A DNA stretch of 64,000 bases from the NCBI GenBank assembly GCA_043821445.1, contig JBDRCT010000005.1, forward strand, positions 2,593 through 66,592, written 5' to 3'. The position numbers and the translations under genes are program-made. Positions 26,730 to 34,930 of this stretch are shown one piece after another. Within the stretch, counting starts at the first letter, position 1. Each line of letters opens with the position of its first letter. This DNA comes from Candidatus Omnitrophota bacterium (lineage in GTDB: Bacteria; Omnitrophota; Omnitrophia; Omnitrophales; Aquincolibacteriaceae). The notes beneath the pieces were generated by a model. It did not search any database. It saw nothing but the letters and a program-made list of their open reading frames with translations, and was not told the DNA's origin.

Positions 26730-26843
26730 TTACAAACGGGCCGTGTGAGAAGTGTTGTCTTTCAAGTTCTTGAGCAGGACCGTATCCGGTGTGACCATCC
26801 CCTGTTTCAGCAACAGCTCCAATAACTTAACGTCTGAGATCAT
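26730..26843 (-). pseudogene. Possible 37-aa remnant resembling an MshEN/GspE N-terminus
   Basis: Hand translation MISDVKLLELLLKQGMVTPDTVLLKNLKDNTSHTARL*, just downstream of the response regulator. Confidence 0.35.
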
Positions 26844-26874
26844 CGTTTTTTCCGGTCCGGGGCCCGCTATGGGC

Positions 26875-27246
26875 TCAGACCCCCGTCAGCTTCTGGATCG
26901 TTTCGGTGAACAATTGCGGGTTGAAAGGCTTGACCATGTACGCGTCGGCTCCGGCCTGCTCCGCAAGCTTTTTGTCCGCTTCACTCCCCTTGGCCGAAAA
27001 AATGATCACCGGGGTATTTTCAAAAGCTTTGTCGAACTTGAGTATCCGGCAGACTTTATAACCGTCGAGTTTCGGAAGCATAAGATCCAGCAGGATCGCA
27101 TCCGGAGATTCTTTGCGTGCAAGGTTCAAACCCTCTTGACCGTCTTGGGCGATCAAAACTTCAAAACCCATGGCCGTCAGACGCGTATTGACGATCACTT
27201 GAACATTGGGTTCATCATCCACCAAAAGGATCCTTTTTTTCATCAA
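26875..27246 (-). CDS. Single-domain response regulator (REC)
   Basis: ILLVDDE, LLDLMLPKLDG, FSAKG, YMVKPF. Confidence 0.93.
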   Translation of the reverse strand: MMKKRILLVDDEPNVQVIVNTRLTAMGFEVLIAQDGQEGLNLARKESPDAILLDLMLPKLDGYKVCRILKFDKAFENTPVIIFSAKGSEADKKLAEQAGADAYMVKPFNPQLFTETIQKLTGV

Positions 27247-27349
27247 ATGCCCTTCACCTGGCTTTCATTCTATTAAAATAAAAGTTCATTGACCCGATTT
27301 TTTCCGATATCCCTATCCTCGACTAGTTTTTTAATTGCAAACTAGTGTT

Positions 27350-27390
27350 GTCCAAGTCATCGTTCAAAAAAATAAAATTAAGACTTGGGC
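27350..27390 (+). repeat. Single type-B GYMC-hairpin module overlapping a gene end
   Basis: GTCCAAGTCATC..AAGACTTGGGC, 41 bp, same arms as 7160-7200. Confidence 0.85.
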
Positions 27391-27743
27391 TGTTTATTGA
27401 AGGACTTGTTGAAATCCTGCCATTGCTGCGCGAGTTCCTTCTGAATCTGCTGGGTCTTTTCCTGGAGTTGTTTGGCAAGCGCATCCCATTGCTGCTGAAG
27501 TGTTTTAACGGTTTCCTGGACCTCGGCTTCCACCTTCTTGGAAGACTCAGCGACCTTTATGGCCCCCGTCGAAAGACCCTCACCGGCCGTGTCCTTCAAC
27601 TCCCGGGCCACCTCACCTGCCTGCCTGCCAAGGCTTTGGGGCGCGGCCTGGGTCCCAAGAGAAGCCTGCTCGTCCGCCGCATAAACCATCCCGGCTACAG
27701 CAAAGATCATGGCAACTGTGAATGCTACAAGTTTATATTTCAT
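27378..27743 (-). CDS. Exported amphipathic helical hypothetical protein
   Basis: GGAGG SD, signal peptide, Q/K/E-rich helix with repeated QQW. Confidence 0.75.
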   Translation of the reverse strand: MKYKLVAFTVAMIFAVAGMVYAADEQASLGTQAAPQSLGRQAGEVARELKDTAGEGLSTGAIKVAESSKKVEAEVQETVKTLQQQWDALAKQLQEKTQQIQKELAQQWQDFNKSFNKQPKS

Positions 27744-27771
27744 AATTCCTCCGAGCTTAAGGGACGCTCAT

Positions 27772-27915
27772 CGTACGGCGTAAGGAGTGCGGCCCTGACT
27801 CTTATAAAGATACAAGGAAGTCAGGACCGCACTAATTTCCTTATTAGTTTTTAATGAAAAATCAGTGCAGAGAAGAAACACCGTACGCCGTACACCTTGC
27901 ACCTTACCCCGTACT
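27772..27915. repeat. Heptamer-repeat (CGTACGG/CCGTACG) hairpin holding two GYMC modules
   Basis: Arms CGTACGG-CGTAAGG-AGTGCG and CCGTACG-CCGTACA-CCTTGCA-CCTTACC. Inside are GCCCTGACT..AGTCAGGAC (27792-27827), C, GCACTAATTT..AAATCAGTGC (27829-27868). Confidence 0.75.
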
Positions 27916-29371
27916 AACTTCTTAGTGCTCCCTCACTATAAGCTTTGTGACACTCCTTCTTTTTCGAAGCGGGACACTCTCCCATCCAGCAATAAAGACA
28001 CAACTTCTCTTTCGGAAGCCCGACGGCTTCGACCATATCGTCTACCGTCTGATAGCGGAGCGTCGTAACGTTCAGGTCCTTACGGATCCATTCGATCATT
28101 TTCTGGTGTTTTGGAGAATTGGAGTCCACATATTCGGAAACGTCTTCGATGTCCTGTCCTTCCAGTTCCCGGATCGCCTTGCGCGCCGCCAGTTCGTGAA
28201 TGCTCCGCGTAGAAAGGCAGAACTTGCACGGGTACATCAGGGGCGGACAGGCGGGACGAACGTGGACTTCCTTCGCACCGGCTTCCCAAAGTTTGCTGAT
28301 GGTGAAATTTTTGAGCTGGGTCCCGCGTACAATGGAATCATCGCATACGACGACGCGGTTGTCCCGGATGATCTCCCGGATGGGAATGAGCTTCATTTTT
28401 GCGATAAGATCCCGCTTTTCCTGGGTGGGCGGCATATAACTGCGCCCATACCCCGGCGTGTATTTCACAAGCGGTCGGCGAAAAGGTTTGCCGCTTTCTA
28501 TGGCGTATCCGATCGCATGACTCGTCCCGGAATCTGGAACCCCGGAGACCATATCGATTTCAATATCTTTATCGCGCCGCGCAAGGGCCGCACCGCACCG
28601 TTCACGGGTGGCTTCGGTATTGATGCCCTCATAATCGGAGGCGGGAAATCCTGTGTAGATCCAAAGAAATGTACAGATCTGCATTTCTTCCAAGCCCTCT
28701 TTCTTGGATTGGATACCGTCTTCGGTCAAGAGCACGATCTCCCCCGGCATCATATATTTCATCACCTTGAAATCATCGTTGGGAAATGATGACGTCTCGG
28801 AGGCCACTGCGTAAGCGCCCGGCCGCCTTGCGATCACAAGCGGTGTATACCCTAAGCGATCCCGCGCAGCATAAATCCCGTCGCGATTCAAAACAAGAAG
28901 CGAGCAGGACCCCTCGATCTTCTCGAACATCCCCTCGATCCCGCTGACAAGATCATCCCCGAGCGTGATGAGCCGGGCGATCAGTTCGGTCGTATTCACA
29001 GGCCCTTTGGCGCTCATCTCGGCAAAGGAGTGCCCTCGTTGCAGAAGTTCTTGGACAAGGCTCTGTGCGTTCTCAATGAGCCCCATGGTCACGATGCAGA
29101 ACGGGCCGAACTTTGAATTGAGATAAATAGGCTGCTCATGGGAATCGCTGACCGCCCCGATCCCCTTATGGCCCTTGAGCTGCGGCAAGTCATCGAAGAA
29201 TTTGGACTTGAACTGACTTTGGCTGATCCCGTGGATCTGGCGCGCGAATTTCTCGCCCTCCATGACCGCAAGCCCGCCAAACTCCGTCCCGAGATGAGAA
29301 TGATAATCCGTACCGTAAAAAAGAGAATCGGTGCAATGCGTTTTAGAAACGATCCCGTAAATCCCGCTCAT
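27914..29371 (-). CDS. purF: Amidophosphoribosyltransferase homologue lacking the N-terminal Cys
   Basis: Ntn domain plus PRT domain (GVPDSG, VVCDDSIVRGTQ, CPP..YPC, CLYC); begins MSGIYG. Confidence 0.88.
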   Translation of the reverse strand: MSGIYGIVSKTHCTDSLFYGTDYHSHLGTEFGGLAVMEGEKFARQIHGISQSQFKSKFFDDLPQLKGHKGIGAVSDSHEQPIYLNSKFGPFCIVTMGLIENAQSLVQELLQRGHSFAEMSAKGPVNTTELIARLITLGDDLVSGIEGMFEKIEGSCSLLVLNRDGIYAARDRLGYTPLVIARRPGAYAVASETSSFPNDDFKVMKYMMPGEIVLLTEDGIQSKKEGLEEMQICTFLWIYTGFPASDYEGINTEATRERCGAALARRDKDIEIDMVSGVPDSGTSHAIGYAIESGKPFRRPLVKYTPGYGRSYMPPTQEKRDLIAKMKLIPIREIIRDNRVVVCDDSIVRGTQLKNFTISKLWEAGAKEVHVRPACPPLMYPCKFCLSTRSIHELAARKAIRELEGQDIEDVSEYVDSNSPKHQKMIEWIRKDLNVTTLRYQTVDDMVEAVGLPKEKLCLYCWMGECPASKKKECHKAYSEGALRS

Positions 29372-29445
29372 AGATTTTCCGTCCTCTCTTAGTTGGTGGC
29401 GAACGCGACGCAGACTTCGCGTAACACCCTTCGTTCTACTTTGCG

Positions 29446-30237
29446 TTAGTTTTTATAGTATTTTTCCGCCTCCGGAATTTCTTTGTTAATGTCCGCGATC
29501 CGGCGCGCGTTCGCGGGATGGGTGGAGAGCAGTTCCGGGGGTTTCGCTCCCCCCAAAGAACTCATCCTTTCCCAGAAGGCGACGGCGGTCTTGGGGTCAT
29601 AGCCCGCCCGGGCCATGAGGACCAGTCCGATATGGTCCGCTTCAGATTCATGACTCCGGCTGTACGGCAAAAGAACCCCGACCTGGGAACCGGCTCCGTA
29701 GGCCTGCATCAGGATGTTTTGAGCCAATGCGGGTTTTGATTTCATGATCTGCGCGAGCCCCATGCCGCCCGCCTGGACTAGAAGTTCCTGACTCATGCGC
29801 TCGCCGCCATGATTTGCGATCGCATGCGCCACTTCATGGCTCATCACCGTCGCCAGACCGTTCTCATCTTTTACGACCGGAAGGATTCCGGTGTAAACCA
29901 CGATCTTTCCGCCCGGCATGCAAAACGCGTTCACGGTCTTGTCATCTTGGATCAGATTGAATTCCCATTTGTAGTTCGCGAGGTCTTTTTCCATCCCGTT
30001 CTCACGCATGAAAGTCCCGGCCGAGGCCGCGATCTTCTGACCGACCTCCGTGACCTTCTGATTCCATGGCGCGTCGGTCGAGAGGGTGGACTTACTCAAA
30101 ACTTCCTTGTAGCTTTGATCGCTCAGAGTCAGAAGTTCTCCTTGGGGGATAAAGGAAAGTTGTTTGCGGCCCGTGATCGGAACCGTCGAACAGCCGATGA
30201 GAAAAAGCAGTATCGCGAGGTGGAATATTTTTTTCAT
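29446..30237 (-). CDS. M48 family zinc metallopeptidase lipoprotein
   Basis: Lipobox LIGC, NAFCMPGG, HEVAH, YSRSHESEAD, STHP. Confidence 0.93.
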   Translation of the reverse strand: MKKIFHLAILLFLIGCSTVPITGRKQLSFIPQGELLTLSDQSYKEVLSKSTLSTDAPWNQKVTEVGQKIAASAGTFMRENGMEKDLANYKWEFNLIQDDKTVNAFCMPGGKIVVYTGILPVVKDENGLATVMSHEVAHAIANHGGERMSQELLVQAGGMGLAQIMKSKPALAQNILMQAYGAGSQVGVLLPYSRSHESEADHIGLVLMARAGYDPKTAVAFWERMSSLGGAKPPELLSTHPANARRIADINKEIPEAEKYYKN

Positions 30238-30339
30238 GAGGCCTATCTCCGTTCGGGTAAAGAAGATGCGATTCTGGATATTCCTTACCGTGATGTGATA
30301 TTATACAATAAAGATCGTTCCGTGGAGGACAAAATTCAA

Positions 30340-31698
30340 ATGACTTTCACCCAAAAACAGCATCCCGTTTTGAGTTCTTTTCTGGTTTTGTCCCTTGTTT
30401 TTTCCGGCTGTGTCCGGTACCGGCCTCACCCCACAGAACGCACATCCTTCATGGAAAGAGCGCAAACTCAAACGCGTGACAACCTGACGGTCACCCTGAC
30501 GGTCCTGAGCAACAAAGAGGCAAAAAAATTCTTCGGCACCTCCCTTTCCAAAAGAGGCATACAGCCCCTTTGGCTCGAGATCGACAACCGCAGTGACAAC
30601 ACCTACTTTTTTATCCCCAGGAATATGGACCCCAATTATTATTCTGCGGAAGAGGCCGCCTATATGGCCCACTACAAGCAGACCCGGCAGTTCTTCGAAG
30701 CGGGTCTCCTCGCGGTCATTTTCTTCCCGGCCCTCGTCTTGGTCCCGGTCAATTTTTTCAGGATCCGCTACGCAAATAAAAAAATGGACAAGATCTTCGA
30801 AGAAGTGTCCATGCATAGTTATGTCATCCATCCTGGCAAAAAACACGAGGGGTTTCTTTACACCTCCGTTGACCAGGGCATCAAGCACGTCAAGGTTGAT
30901 CTTATAGGGGACCCACAGCGTGAAGTCTTTGACTTTGTGGTGACGGTCCCGGGCATGAAACCTGACTACACCACGAAGGATTTCGCGAACCGTTATTCAA
31001 AAGAAACGATCCTGAAATACACGGATGAGGATTTTCCCAAAGAGCTTGAACAGCTTCCCTGCTGTGCCACCAACAAGAAAGGCACTCAAAACGGCGACCC
31101 GCTGAACCTCGTGGTGATCGGAGAGCTTGAAAACCTGATCACGATCTTCACTTCTTCGGGTTGGGATGAGACCTCCGTGCTCACGATGAGTTCCGGATTT
31201 TCGATGGCTAAGGCGTTCCTCACGGGAGAAAACGACCGCTACTCCCCGGTCAGTCCGCTTTACTATCGCGATCATCCGCAGGACATCGCGTTCCAGAAAA
31301 CGCGAGACAATATCAACCAACGCCTGCATTTCCGCCTCTGGTACACTTCGATGCGTTACAACGGAAAGCCCGTTTGGATAGGGGCCATCAGCCGCGATAT
31401 CGGGGTCAAATTCACCTTCAAAAACTGGTACATGACCACGCACAAGATCGATCCGAACCTGGACGACTCGCGTGATTATCTCTTGGCAGACATGCTTGAA
31501 GTGGAAAAGGTCTCAAGATATGGTTTCATCGAAAACACCGCGCTTGAACAACCGACCCATAAAAATAAGAATCTCACCAACGACCCTTACTTCACGGACA
31601 ACAAACGGCTCGTGATGGAACTTTCGACCGAAGATACCCCGCTCCAGGCTTTCCCGTGGGGACGTCTGAGTGAAGATGTAACATTGAAAAAGACGTAA
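30340..31698 (+). CDS. Lipoprotein with an LssY C-terminal-like domain
   Basis: ATG 30340 after GGAGG; FSGC lipobox; GDPLNLVVIG, SPVSPL, QDIAFQK, RLHFRLW, THKIDPNLD, DPYFTD. Confidence 0.75.
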   Translation: MTFTQKQHPVLSSFLVLSLVFSGCVRYRPHPTERTSFMERAQTQTRDNLTVTLTVLSNKEAKKFFGTSLSKRGIQPLWLEIDNRSDNTYFFIPRNMDPNYYSAEEAAYMAHYKQTRQFFEAGLLAVIFFPALVLVPVNFFRIRYANKKMDKIFEEVSMHSYVIHPGKKHEGFLYTSVDQGIKHVKVDLIGDPQREVFDFVVTVPGMKPDYTTKDFANRYSKETILKYTDEDFPKELEQLPCCATNKKGTQNGDPLNLVVIGELENLITIFTSSGWDETSVLTMSSGFSMAKAFLTGENDRYSPVSPLYYRDHPQDIAFQKTRDNINQRLHFRLWYTSMRYNGKPVWIGAISRDIGVKFTFKNWYMTTHKIDPNLDDSRDYLLADMLEVEKVSRYGFIENTALEQPTHKNKNLTNDPYFTDNKRLVMELSTEDTPLQAFPWGRLSEDVTLKKT

Positions 31699-31708
31699 AA
31701 AGAGACAC

Positions 31709-31745
31709 AAAAAAACCCCGCTGGCCGAAGCCAACGGGGTTCTTT
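31709..31745. terminator. Intrinsic terminator between convergent genes
   Basis: A7-CCCCG-C-TGGC-CGAA-GCCA-A-CGGGG-TTCTTT. Confidence 0.8.
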
Positions 31746-31764
31746 GTAGTTCCAGTTGTGGTTC

Positions 31765-31965
31765 TTAGATCTTCACAACGTTAGAGGCTTGTTCGCCCTT
31801 GGGACCGCGGGTCACTTCAAATTCGACCGCTTGGCCTTCTTCCAAAGACTTGTATCCCTCACCCTGAATCGCGGTGTGATGCACGAAGACATCAGCGCCA
31901 CCCTCACGGGAGATGAATCCATAGCCCTTTGAGTTGTTAAACCACTTTACTTTACCTTGTACCAT
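31765..31965 (-). CDS. csp: Cold-shock protein
   Basis: GKVKWFN, KGYGFI (RNP1), DVFVH (RNP2); 66 aa from ATG 31965 after AAGGAG. Confidence 0.97.
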   Translation of the reverse strand: MVQGKVKWFNNSKGYGFISREGGADVFVHHTAIQGEGYKSLEEGQAVEFEVTRGPKGEQASNVVKI

Positions 31966-32176
31966 GGTTGATATTGCTCCTTTCACTTGAATTATAGTAA
32001 CGCATGACAAGTTCAACCTTCACTACGGTAAAAACATCAACCTGGTGCAGTTGGAACTAGCCCGCTTTGTTGTCCCCTTCCGGGGAGTTCGAAACAGGGT
32101 AAAAACAAAAAACCGCAAGGTAAACATACAACCTTGCGGTACACATCATGTTCTACCTCCTGCTTACTACGAAAGA

Positions 32177-32205
32177 ATTGTGCCCTATGTCGAACGGTTT
32201 GTCAA
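32177..32205 (-). promoter_or_regulatory. Probable sigma70 promoter of the csp transcript
   Basis: Minus strand TTGACA - 17 nt - CACAAT. Confidence 0.6.
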
Positions 32206-32250
32206 AGTTTATTTTAGCGCCGGCGGAGGTTCTCCGTTGTAAAGAAAATG

Positions 32251-32333
32251 GTCCCAATACCTATCAATTTTCACGCAGTGGAAATTGGGGCCATCCTTGT
32301 CTGTCATTTAAGAAAAAAATCCAAGACAAGGAT
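32251..32333 (+). repeat. Two tandem GYMC-hairpin modules (A, B)
   Basis: GTCCCAAT..ATTGGGGC (32251-32291), C, ATCCTTGTCT..AGACAAGGAT (32293-32333); both 41 bp. Confidence 0.85.
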
Positions 32334-32447
32334 AGATGGAGATATAATGCCTTTCGCTCTCTCATACGTTCGCATCTTAACCACCCTCATAGGGGGGCGA
32401 GCTAGAGTGCTTGCCTGTCCCTTGAGAGTACAAAAGAACAGGCTCCT

Positions 32448-33446
32448 ATGACGACACGCCGGGAAAGGTTACGCCGAAGATTCTCCGAATTCCGGTCGAA
32501 GTTCGCCGGACACATGCAAAAGGTCCGTCCTCGTGTCGCATTCAAGATCCTCGCCGGCACCGTGATCCTGTTCCCCTGGATGGCCGGTTCTCTTATGATC
32601 AGCGTTTTCAAGATCGGCTACTGGCGCAAGATCGCGAACTGCCAGACTTTTCTCAGCCGGCACGCACTCGCCTTTGACGGCATCGACCCGAAAACTCTCA
32701 CTGTGGAGTCCGTCTCAGGAGGGGTCAGCAATTTCAATCAGACGTGGCGGTGTCGAAAGAACACGGGAGAAGAGATCCGTTATTTCGTTAAGATCTTCCT
32801 CGATGCCGGAAGTTTTTGGGCCAAGCATCTCAGTTTTGTCAGCCCGTTTCCCGCCGTTTACGGCGGCAAGACCCACGAACGCTTTACCGTGGACGTGGTC
32901 AGCCGCGTCCAGCTCGACAAGATCGGCGTCCCGGTCCCGCGCCTCATCGCCTACGATGCGGTTGAAAAAGTCATGGTCACTGAACACATCGAAGGAGAGA
33001 CGGTCGATTCGGTCCTGGAGCGCATCGGTGAACGTCGGACGCTGGGTCCTGGGGATGAGGCCGTGCTCCGGCAATGTGCGATCGGCCTGGCGAAGATCCA
33101 CCGGGCGGGTTTTTCATTGATCGATACTCAGCCCGTCAACTGCATCTGGGTCGCGGTGGAGCAAAAGGTCTACTTCACGGACCTGGAGTTTTGCGGCAGT
33201 CAGGATAAAAGGGTGTGGGACATCGGATTCTTCTTGTGTTTCATCGCCGTGCGGCTTTCCGGCGCGGTGCGGCAAGAGGTACGCAATATTTTTCTGGAAA
33301 GTTACCAGAAAGAACGCCAGGTCGATCTTGCCCAGGTCACGGAAACCGGCCTCCAACTGCAGGAATATATGCCGGTCTTTCAAGCCGTCCTTGATATCCG
33401 CCGTTTCACCCCCGAAGAGCTCTTCGAAGGTCTCATTTCCACTTAA
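32448..33446 (+). CDS. Protein-kinase-like phosphotransferase (Kdo/Bud32/APH-like fold)
   Basis: YFVK, VPVPRLIAYD, MVTEHIEG, catalytic loop DTQPVN, metal-binding DLE. Confidence 0.75.
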   Translation: MTTRRERLRRRFSEFRSKFAGHMQKVRPRVAFKILAGTVILFPWMAGSLMISVFKIGYWRKIANCQTFLSRHALAFDGIDPKTLTVESVSGGVSNFNQTWRCRKNTGEEIRYFVKIFLDAGSFWAKHLSFVSPFPAVYGGKTHERFTVDVVSRVQLDKIGVPVPRLIAYDAVEKVMVTEHIEGETVDSVLERIGERRTLGPGDEAVLRQCAIGLAKIHRAGFSLIDTQPVNCIWVAVEQKVYFTDLEFCGSQDKRVWDIGFFLCFIAVRLSGAVRQEVRNIFLESYQKERQVDLAQVTETGLQLQEYMPVFQAVLDIRRFTPEELFEGLIST

Positions 33447-33449
33447 TCT

Positions 33450-33515
33450 CGTACGGCGTACGGAGTACGGCGAAAAAAGCTTGTACGCCGCACACAAAAC
33501 GCCTTACACCTTACG
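33450..33515. repeat. Heptamer-repeat hairpin without inserted modules
   Basis: CGTACGG-CGTACGG-AGTACGG...GTACG-CCGCACA..CCTTACA-CCTTACG between convergent genes; homologous to 27772-27915. Confidence 0.65.
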
Positions 33516-33521
33516 AACTCG

Positions 33522-33986
33522 TTAAAAATCCGCTCCCAGCCAGCTCACCCATTCTTGTTTCTTAGGGAATGCAAAAGCAAACCCTACGAGAGAAACGGCC
33601 GCGAACGGGATGAAATCGTAAGGCTGATGCCCGAGAAAGACCAGGACCATGCCGAGCAGTAACGGAAGCTCAGCCCCTGCGCTCATCAGAACCGTTCTCA
33701 TAAAAAGTTTTTGCGGTGAACGTTCCGTGTTCGGAACTTGAGCCGAAAAGGCGCTGAACATCCGGTGACTCAACTGCCCCATCGCGAAGATCCCGAGAAC
33801 CGACGCGGCCAAAGCTCCGTATTTCACAAGCGGATAGGTTTGGGCGTTCAGGGTCGCGGGGCCTACCTTTCCCATGTGCACCAAATAATACCCCATCGCT
33901 CCGTACGCCACGACGGAAGCCGCCAACCCGACCGTCATCCTTTGCGCCTGTGTATAAAATTTTTTCGCTATTTCTATCCGGTCCAT
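33522..33986 (-). CDS. Hypothetical membrane protein (about 4 TM)
   Basis: AAGGAG SD, hydrophobic segments. Confidence 0.7.
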   Translation of the reverse strand: MDRIEIAKKFYTQAQRMTVGLAASVVAYGAMGYYLVHMGKVGPATLNAQTYPLVKYGALAASVLGIFAMGQLSHRMFSAFSAQVPNTERSPQKLFMRTVLMSAGAELPLLLGMVLVFLGHQPYDFIPFAAVSLVGFAFAFPKKQEWVSWLGADF

Positions 33987-34031
33987 GATCGTTCTCCTTT
34001 TTAAAAAGTGACGCGAGGAACGGCCATTTTT

Positions 34032-34496
34032 CTACCGCTTCAAACTTCCGCTCTCGTCATACACCTTGGGCATTCCCTCAACCTTTCCGCCCCTAAAAAC
34101 CCCCTCGCTTTCCAATTGCCCGTTTTCATAATAAGACCTATAGGGCCCTTCCGGTTTTCCATTCTGGAAAACGACCTCGAACTTCAACTGGCCGTTCTCA
34201 TAATAATCCCGCGACAATCCCTCATGTTCACCGTTCTTGAAAACCGCTTCGCCTTTGAGTTTCCCGTTCGCATAGTACCACCGGGACAGCCCTTCACGCT
34301 TTCCGTCCCGGTAAATTTCCTCGTCTTTCAATTGCCCGTTCGCATAATATTCTCGGTACGGCCCGTCCGGAACTTCGCAGCCCCAAAAACTGAATAGAAA
34401 CATCGAGATCAAAGCCGTTCCGACCCATCCGTTAAAGAAAGTTCCCGTTTTAATATTCACCCCCGCAACCCCCTCTTGTTCTCTTTCGTCTGTCAT
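34032..34496 (-). CDS. MORN-variant repeat (YwqK-like) lipoprotein
   Basis: Repeats YYxNGQLKxExxFxNGKxEG; FWGC lipobox-like site; ATGA overlap at 34493-34496. Confidence 0.82.
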   Translation of the reverse strand: MTDEREQEGVAGVNIKTGTFFNGWVGTALISMFLFSFWGCEVPDGPYREYYANGQLKDEEIYRDGKREGLSRWYYANGKLKGEAVFKNGEHEGLSRDYYENGQLKFEVVFQNGKPEGPYRSYYENGQLESEGVFRGGKVEGMPKVYDESGSLKR

Positions 34497-34930
34497 CGGA
34501 ATTGTTCTTTGACTTTGGCGCGCGTGAAAAAAATAATAAAAAGGGCCGGAACGAGATTGAAAACGACCGAATAAAACACGATCGCGGGCGCGTGTTCCGC
34601 GACGCTTCCGCCCCCGCTCCAACGGGCGATCTCCACCGGCGCAATGCAGAACCCCCCGAGGATGGAAAGCCCCTGAACATAAATGAATATTTTACGGGCT
34701 ATTTCTCGCAAGAAAAATAAAAATATTCCTAATAAGACGAGGAGCACGGCCAAGATGATACTGAGAGGCTCCCCCATGATTATAAGCGTCGTGTTCATAA
34801 AAAAACAGGAAAGCGCCAAGAGGATGGGCGCTTTGACCCCCCAGTGAAAGCCCGCGATATAATCCAGAGTGATGAGATTGATCGCGATGAAATAGAGGGA
34901 TAGCACCGCTATGCCTCTAGACCTTTTCAT
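34493..34930 (-). CDS. Hypothetical membrane protein
   Basis: Hydrophobic part of ORF 34493..35155 from ATG 34930; the upstream extension overlaps the GHL10 gene. Confidence 0.6.
   Translation of the reverse strand: MKRSRGIAVLSLYFIAINLITLDYIAGFHWGVKAPILLALSCFFMNTTLIIMGEPLSIILAVLLVLLGIFLFFLREIARKIFIYVQGLSILGGFCIAPVEIARWSGGGSVAEHAPAIVFYSVVFNLVPALFIIFFTRAKVKEQFR

Noticed and set aside
29809-30339. N-terminal 177 aa of the 629-aa ORF
   Set aside because: Overlaps the M48 peptidase gene antisense; an SD and lipoprotein signal support the start at 30340.
34032-34496. Toxin-antitoxin module (YwqK label)
   Set aside because: Only generic MORN-variant repeats on a lipoprotein; no adjacent toxin gene.
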